A stretch of 55,436 nt of DNA from Octopus bimaculoides. Lineage: Eukaryota. Numbering within the stretch: position 1 is the stretch's first letter; each line of letters begins with the position of its first letter. Of the stretch, positions 47,378 through 55,436 are shown one piece after another. The stretch lies in NCBI RefSeq assembly GCF_001194135.2, contig NC_068982.1:538199-593634 (forward strand). The letters run 5' to 3'. Below the pieces are notes generated by a model. The model worked only from the letters and a program-made list of their open reading frames with translations. It did no database searches and was not told the origin of the DNA. Both the position numbers and the translations under genes were made by a program.

Positions 47378-50300
47378 TGTTAGCAAATAGAGTTACGATT
47401 TATTTGTCAATGTTATGATTTTTTGCCATTTGACATTTGATAGCTGTTACTTTTAGCTTATTTTAGAAGCAAATTGCCCGTAATTTTGTTTGCGCCTCTT
47501 AGGTCAGTGTCAATTTTAACATGGAGTGCGAAAACGAACATTTTCGCCATATTTTGCTTTTTCATTTCTGTAAATGCAAGAAAGCTGCTGTGGCTTACAA
47601 AGAGAGATGTGAAGTTTATGGCGTTGATTGCTTAACAGAACGCAAATGCCAGAAATGGTTTGAAAAATTGCGTTCAGGAGATTTTTCACTCAAAGATGAC
47701 CGGTCGACTTACTGAAGTTGATGATGACCGAATCAAAACCATAATTGAATCTGATTGTCACATAAGTGTGCGAGAGATTATAGGAGGGTTTAAATGTATC
47801 CCACACAACAACTGAAAATCACTTAAAATGTCTTGGACTTTGTCAAGAAGCTCGATATTTGGGTTCCACAGGAATTGAAAGACTTTCACTTAACACAACG
47901 ATCAATATTTGCAATGTGCATCTCGAACGCAATGAAATCGACCTTTTTTTTTAAACGAACCATCACTGGTGAGGAAAAATGGTTTGTCTACAACAAAGGT
48001 TCTCAACCCATTTTGGCCAAACTCCCTCTTTTGACCCTTGGAGTTACAAATGTTCCCCTCCCCCTCAATATTTTTATTTTTCAATATACTACTTATTTTG
48101 ATATCAGCAGATAATGATTAAAAAAAAAATAAAGAACGTCATTTAACATAAACGCTTGTACGCAATTGGGAATACAAATGTACTAATTGCAATGCACCCC
48201 CCCCCCCCAAAAAAAAACCCGAAATAATAAATGGTCTTATGAATGAAAGTTTGGTAATTGCGTTTATTTCCACCAAGCGACACGTATGAGATCAATGTGA
48301 TGTCTATCGAAAGAGTGCTCTTTGGTACAAGTAAATGCAGATGAAATCATTTCAAACCTTTACGATTTCTCTTATCAAAACAGCTAGAGCTTTTGCAACA
48401 GTTTGACATATAAGTTATTGTCACCCGGGAAGAAGATTTTTTATGCTCCAGAAAGAGAGTGTACCTTTGCTTTGGTCCCTATTTCAATGAGAATTTTCAG
48501 CTTCATAGCTTCATGGAGTCGAATTAATTCTTTGACGTCAGGCTTGATCTTGGTAAGGTGCAATCGGCGATCTCCACGCGAAATTATATCAAAACGGTTG
48601 CGAACATTGCTTTGCAATCTGGAAACGGCTCCAAATCCCATCTCGACGAGTTATGAACTTTGAAATGACAGGGATAATCTCTTAGCCTCTGCGTGTAGAA
48701 GAGGAAATCTACGCAAAAAACGAGAAAGATCCTTTCCCTTTGAAAGCCACCTCACTTCATTATGAAGAAGTAATTGTACGAACTTTTCGTCATTATCCTG
48801 ACAGAGCTGCCGAAAAACTCGCTCATTGAGGGCATGGTGCTTAATATAATTGGTAACATTGATTGCCACCTGCAAAGACTTGCTGAGCGGTTCTCTGAAT
48901 TTCTTCGCAACCAGATGCTGTCGGTGAATCACACAATGCTCTTGTGCCGTCCGTAGCACAAGAAACAATATTGCTGAGGGGTATCGCTTTTTCTTTGAAG
49001 TATGCGCTGACTGAGTTAAATATTGTAACCCCTTTGGTGTCTGTAGGCAGATTCAAAGCAAAAAGCAGCGCCTCGTGCAATTTGTTTTAATGGAAGAACC
49101 TGACATATCCAAGCAGCAGAGACTGGTTTTCGCAGAGTGGGCTCTCGTCAATTTGTTGAGCAAACTCTGTTGATTTTAAAATGCTGCACAACTTTTGTTC
49201 CACGTTATCCGCCATTTCATCTCTTCGTCTCCTTATTGAGTCATTACTCAAAAGAATGCGTTTAATGGTCTGTACGGGATTCTGATGAAGTACGGTTGAA
49301 AGAACCTCGCTGATGACAGAAACCACCAGCGATTCACCTACGCAATGGGGTTTACCGCACTTTGCGATGATGTTGGCGATGTTGTAAGTGCAATGAATCC
49401 GTCAACATTAGACGCTTCAACCTTAGAAAATGCTGAAGATAAAAGTGTTGTTTTGTTGAAGTGATATGAAACTTATACACATACATCTATAAATGCATAC
49501 AGAAACATACAAATACATATACACACACATACATTTTTACAGAGTTAGTTTTATAAAAAAAAACCTTGTATATATATATAAATATTTCGGCATATCTACA
49601 CGATTGTACCTGAAAGATTTGCCTCTTCACAACCTTGAGAAAATTAAATATTTCTTTTTTACAAATATGCTTCAGATCATGTAGATTCCGATTAAATTGG
49701 AATTCATTGTGAAAACCGTTTGTCCCTAAAGGAGTTTTAGAAAATTCACACCATTAAGCTTTGTTGTATATATATGTATATATACGCGGGTGTTTACGTA
49801 TTGTTTTAATTATATCTTTATACACACTCATACACATAAAAAAACTGGCACACCGTTGGTTACAACAATCACAAGTATCCAAAAACTTCTTCACCACTCT
49901 TCAAACTTCATTTTTTCTTCTTAAAAAGAAGACTTTCGTCTTCTTGGACTATATGTCGTACCACTGCACGGCTGTCTGTCTGCTAATATTACTGATGGAC
50001 ATGCAGCATGTCACTGGCATTTCACATATTAAGTCCAGGAAAGTGTGAAGACCGTCAATTGACTTTCTTCCATAAAAGTATTTAAAAAATTATTTGGAAA
50101 TTCTAAAGAGAAACGAATGGTAGATTCGGACCGTCCGTATTTTAAAACCACGAATTAAAAGAGAAAATGGGGGTGGGGAAGATTTTTATCATTTTATTTT
50201 TAATAATCGTATCAATTCTGTTATGCAGAAGACAGATCCGAAAAAAATTTGTAAAAAACTTGTAAAAATGAAGAAGTTATGAGGGGTTTTAGCACGTGCT

Positions 50301-50928
50301 TACATCATAATTCTGCCCATTCATGTGTGTGCGTGTATGTGTGTGTTTGTGTGTGTGTCTATGTATTTGCTAGTGTCTGTTTTTCCTTTAGTTTTTGTTT
50401 ACTTATACACATCAACATATGAGTCAATGAGGTACTCTCTATGTGGTTGTTCAATTTGCGAGAAATAACAGACAAATCTCCCTCACACTATGCTCTTGTT
50501 AGTATTAAGGAAAGGAAAAATGTTTACTTCTCTCATCATTACGATTAAAATTAATATTTTTGATTTACTCGGCTCTACGAATTTAATTTTTTTAAATGCT
50601 TCCGTCCATTGCTTAATATAGGAAATTAGAAAATCCTGACCAACTTAACAAAAGATATAAAAAGAGACAGAAAATGTTCTGTTTTCCAAAGCCAAAAGAT
50701 GTGTTTTTAGCTGAGGTGTAATTATATAATTAAAACAAATTCAAAATTTAAATTTCAGAACATAAGACTTACCACGTTATCTGGTGTATAGCTGCAGTTC
50801 AAATGGGTACAAAACCTAAAATAAATGTGTGTGTGTGTGTGTATAGCGAGGGGTCAATTTAAGATCAATCGCAGAAAGGAATTAAAAACGGCAACACACT
50901 CGATCATATACATGCAAACATACCCATG

Positions 50929-50998
<70 letters not shown>

Positions 50999-52180
50999 NN
51001 NNNNNNNNNNNNNNNNNNNNNNNNNNNNNNNNNNNNNNNNNNNNNNNNNNNNNNNNNNNNNNNNNNNNNNNNNNNNNNNNNNNNNNNNNNNNNNNNNNNN
51101 NNNNNNNNNNNNNNNNNNNNNNNNNNNNNNNNNNNNNNNNNNNNNNNNNNNNNNNNNNNNNNNNNNNNNNNNNNNNNNNNNNNNNNNNNNNNNNNNNNNN
51201 NNNNNNNNNNNNNNNNNNNNNNNNNNNNNNNNNNNNNNNNNNNNNNNNNNNNNNNNNNNNNNNNNNNNNNNNNNNNNNNNNNNNNNNNNNNNNNNNNNNN
51301 NNNNNNNNNNNNNNNNNNNNNNNNNNNNNNNNNNNNNNNNNNNNNNNNNNNNNNNNNNNNNNNNNNNNNNNNNNNNNNNNNNNNNNNNNNNNNNNNNNNN
51401 NNNNNNNNNNNNNNNNNNNNNNNNNNNNNNNNNNNNNNNNNNNNNNNNNNNNNNNNNNNNNNNNNNNNNNNNNNNNNNNNNNNNNNNNNNNNNNNNNNNN
51501 NNNNNNNNNNNNNNNNNNNNNNNNNNNNNNNNNNNNNNNNNNNNNNNNNNNNNNNNNNNNNNNNNNNNNNNNNNNNNNNNNNNNNNNNNNNNNNNNNNCT
51601 CTCGTTGAGAACCCTTGGTCTACAATAACATCAATCGAAAACGATCATACTCCAGCACAAACCACATCGAAAACTGAATTGCATAAAAAGGGTCATGCTG
51701 TCAATTTAGTGGGATTACAAAGGTGTTGTGTATTTTGAGCTGCTTCCAAGGAACCAAACAATCAATCCAGATGTTTACTGTCAACAACTAATGAAACTGG
51801 AGGAAGCAATCAAAGAAAAACGGTCAGAATTGGCAGATCGTAAAGGAATCGTGTTCCACCATGATAATTATAGCTTTGATTCAGTCATTATCAACTTCAG
51901 ACCACACACGTCTGTGCTAACTCGTGAAAAATTATTTGAACTTGATTGGGAAGCAATGTCACATCCACCATATAGTCCTGACCTTGCACCATCAGATTAT
52001 GATTTATTTCGAAGTTTTCAGAATTCTTTGAATGATAAAAATTTCAATAATGACGATGACTTGAAGTCGCACTTGCTTCAGTTTTTGGCTGATAAGGACG
52101 AGAAGTTCTATGAGCACGGGATCATGTAGTTGCCAGAAAGATGGCAAAAGGTTATTGAACGAAATGGAAAATATATAATT
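47375..52180 (+). mobile_element. Mariner (DD34D) transposon split by a hAT insertion
   Basis: 5' part MECENEHFRHILLF...WVPQEL...TGEEKWFVYN (47521-47993); 3' part NINRKRS...FHHDN...HPPYSPDLAPSDY (51626-52180). Confidence 0.92.
47994..51617 (-). mobile_element. hAT Charlie/Buster-type transposon, decayed transposase at about 48360-49440
   Basis: 14-bp TIRs caaaggttctcaac / gttgagaacccttg; 8-bp TSD GTCTACAA at 47986-47993 and 51618-51625; motifs LSNDSIRRR, QIDES, CATDG, HCVIHRQHL, EVRWLSKG. Confidence 0.93.
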
Positions 52181-52385
52181 AGGGGCTGCAATAAGGGTGG
52201 AGCACTTGCAGAAAACAGCACTGCTTGGAACTGCTTCAATACTCCAGAAGGTGCTCGAAAAATAAGGGGTGTTACCTTAGTTCACTGGTAGTTTACAGCT
52301 GGCACTATAGTACATCTCCAGTTTTAGAAGCTGTGCAAAGACAATAAATAATAATAATAATGATAAGAATAAGAATAATAAGAAT
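52181..52385 (+). mobile_element. 5'-truncated R4/Dong LINE 3' end with an (AAT)-like tail
   Basis: GAAIRVEHLQKTALLGTA...RKVLE; near-identical to 55285-55436. Confidence 0.85.
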
Positions 52386-52517
52386 GCCAGCCTTGACAGT
52401 GGCTGGACGTGTTCTTTGCTGCTCTGACCAGTCAGCTGCTGAAGACACAGAAACACTAATACAATTTCCCGTGAGTACTTTAAATTTCCCTCAAAATAAG
52501 TTAAGAAAGTTACATAT

Positions 52518-52940
52518 CTACAGTTTTCCAACACACAAACGAACAGCTTTAAAAACTTTAATATCTACAACTTCTGTGAATACCTATCCTTCCCTTTCTC
52601 CCCGAGTATTCGAAAATGTAAACATCCTTTTTATTCTAAGAATACTACAGTTTTCTCTGTTTGGACAAACAAAAGATCATCTTTAGTAAATTTTAAAACT
52701 TTAATATCAATTTTCTGTAAAAATTTGACACTCCTTTTCTTTCCTTTCCTTCTCCCTGAGTATTCGAAAATGCAAACATCCTTTTTATTGCAAGAACACT
52801 ACAGTCTTCTTTGATCATACATACAAAAGAACATCTCTAGAAAATTAAAAACTTTAATATCTACAATTTTATGTGAAAATTTTATCTTTCTTTTCTCCCT
52901 GACTACCCAAATATGTAAACATGCCTTTTATTGCAACAAC
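52518..52940. repeat. Degenerate about 150-bp tandem trimer
   Basis: aaaactttaatatc at about 52552, 52695 and 52848; ttctccc.gagtattcgaaaatg.aaacat recurs in register. Confidence 0.75.
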
Positions 52941-53112
52941 ACAATTAAATGCACGATAAAAAAAAAAAAGCAAAAACGAATTAAGGAGGTAAGAACCTGC
53001 CAATATATACAAACTGCACAATTACAAAAACTGTAAACCACAGCAAAACTTATAAAAAGAAAAGAAAAATTTCGAAGAAAATAAATTCAAAAATTCAATG
53101 ATGCAAACATCA

Positions 53113-53151
<39 letters not shown>

Positions 53152-53457
53152 TATAATTATTTTTTCTATCAGTAATTAAAAATGGAACAAGGTGAATTGG
53201 TTCTTTTCAAGGCCAAGGTCACCGCTCTCATTGATTGCTAGTAGTAGTAAACACATTTGACCTCTGCTGATTCCAAGGGTGTGAAGCACAGGAATGCTCA
53301 TTGCTGATCTCTTCTTCACCATCTTCTGAATCTATTTACAGATCCGTGGGATTTAATCTCTGTTCACCAAGCTGTTTCTCTTGCTCCTACTATTCCCTGA
53401 AACCCTCACATGTTTCTGATTATCTCAAGTACAAGACAAAAGTTGAAACTAAACAAC

Positions 53458-53477
53458 ATTTAATAATAATAATAATG

Positions 53478-53535
<58 letters not shown>

Positions 53536-53553
53536 TAATAATGATAATAATAA
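53458..53553. repeat. (AAT)n microsatellite
   Basis: Direct observation. Confidence 0.95.
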
Positions 53554-55436
53554 TTTAGCCAAAACTGATGTTGGATCAGAGGAAATACTATCAATGGAAA
53601 AATGAAAAAAATGAAAATAACAATATCAGTGATGATAATAATAACAAAGAAAGGAAGCAGTTGGAATCTTGCTATGCTCTGACTCTTGATGCATCGAATG
53701 TTGAGCGATTGCTTGGAAGAAGTATGGCAAAGTAGAGGAACGAACTGAGAGCATATGGAAGAAGTTTAGGGGCAATAGAAATCAGGAGAGGCATTTTCCA
53801 AGGGGATTTCCTGTCCCCACTGATCTTTGTACTGTGCATGATACTACTAACATTGATTCTGAAGAAAGCAAAGGCTTGGTACGTATTCAAAAGCCACTAA
53901 TAAAAAGTTAACCACTTGTTATTCATGGATGACCTCAAACTTTATGGTAAAGATGAATCCCAAATCAGTTCCTTCATTGATACGATGTGTACTTTCAGTG
54001 CTGATATCAGAATGGATTTCGGACTGAAAAAGTATGGTGTGTTAGTCTTGAAGAGAGGCAAAATCAAATGTATGGACAGACCAGCAATACAGTCCGGGGA
54101 GGTTATGAAGCAGATAGAAGAGACAGGCTATAAGTATTTGGAGATATTGGAAATGGATAAATTGATGGAGAAAGAAATGACAGGAAAATTTAAGGTGGAG
54201 TACTTGCGCAGACTGAGACTGATATTGAAGTCGAAATTAAATGGATGGAATAAAACTGAAGCTATCGGCACCTGGGCAGTTTCACTCCTTAGATATGGAG
54301 CAGGGGTAATCGCATGGACAGGAGATGAACTAAACAACTTAGACAGAAAGACGAGGAAGCTGCTGACTAGATATGGGATATTCCACCCCAAAAGTGACAC
54401 AGATAGACTGTATGTACCAAGAAAAAGAGGAGAAACAAGACTGATTGGATGCGAAAACAACTTTAGCGCAGAAGAAAACAACATAGCAGGGCATGTAAAA
54501 ATGCCACAGAACCACTATTTTTGGAAATAAGAAAGTCAGGCTTGTGTAGGATGGAAGATTGCAAAGATAAAGTACTGTACAAGGACTCCAGAATGAATGA
54601 AACTGAAAATAGGTGGATAAAGAAAAGAATGCATGGACAATATCGTAGAGATGTTGAAGATAAGACAAACAGAGAAAAAAGATGGCTGTGGATGACTAAA
54701 AGTGATTTAAAATCAGAAACGGAAACTCTAAACTGTGCTTCCCAAGAGCAAGCATTAAGAACTAATTACATCAAATACAGAATAGGCAACACATCAGAAA
54801 GTGATAAGTGCAGAATTTGTGGACAAAATAGTGAAACCGTATGGCATATTACCAGTCAATGTACACCATTAGCCCAGAAAGAATATAAGAGACGTCATGA
54901 CAATATGGCAAGGATTGTCCATTGGACACTTCGCAATAAGTATGGACTTGACAGAGCAAAAAAGTGGTACGAGCATAAACCCGAAGACATCATCGAAAAT
55001 GATAAAACAAAGATCCTATGGGATTTTATGATTCAGTGTGACTATGAGATAGAGAATAGGAAACCAGATATAGTATTAATTGAGAAAGAAAGCAGACGAT
55101 GCTGGTCATAGATATAGCATGCCCAGCTGACAACAAGGTATGCGATAAGGAAGAAAGAAAAGTCGAGAGATATGACAGGTTAGCTTGGGAGGTTAAGCAG
55201 TTGTGGTTGCTGAAAAAGGTGGTAGTAGTACCAGTAATTGTCGGAGCCCTGGGAACAGTGAGTAAAAATCTTGAGAAGTACGTGGAGCACTTGCAGAAAA
55301 CAGCACTGCTTGGAACCGCTCGAATACTCCGGAAGGTGCTCGAAAAATATGAGGTGTTACCTTAGTTCACTGGTAGTGAACAGCTAACACTGTAGTACAT
55401 CTCCGGCTTTAGAAGCTGTGAAAAGACAATAAATAA
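53554..55436 (+). mobile_element. R4/Dong-clade non-LTR retrotransposon (RT, CCHC, RLE), 5'-truncated and frameshifted
   Basis: RGIFQGD, LFMDDLKLY, YKYLEI, CRICGQNSETVWHITSQC, RRHD, KPDIV, IDIACP...KVERY: a CCHC knuckle plus a PD-(D/E)xK endonuclease. Confidence 0.92.

Noticed and set aside
49310-49325. CTGATGA-CA-GAAAC
   Set aside because: There is no room for stem II, and it lies antisense within hAT coding sequence.

Overview
AT-rich, microsatellite- and transposon-dense eukaryotic genomic DNA with seven N gaps. The SINE and RTE-tail families look like those of octopus (coleoid cephalopod); this is my recognition, not a database result. One complete protein-coding gene is reconstructable: mitochondrial pyruvate carrier 2 (MPC2), minus strand, 5 coding exons from 28898 to 13096, 115 aa, all introns GT-AG. 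There is also a candidate terminal exon of an upstream plus-strand gene (1783-1823) and a decayed Rho-GTPase-like fragment (about 9957-10067). The rest is mostly mobile-element debris: RTE, RTE-X-like and R4/Dong LINEs; two tRNA-derived SINE families; several mariner remnants; a DD41D (rosa-type) derivative; a hAT/Charlie element nested in a mariner with an intact 8-bp TSD; an LTR with its PBS; and several long fold-back elements. The most interesting unexplained signal is three type-I hammerhead-ribozyme-like motifs in Penelope-like miniature elements: two in fold-back units and one next to a direct repeat. The best (25579-25639) is near-intact and lies in the sense orientation in MPC2 intron 1, with one arm of the element antisense to the ribozyme's 3' half. 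No rRNA, tRNA genes or CRISPR arrays are supportable.
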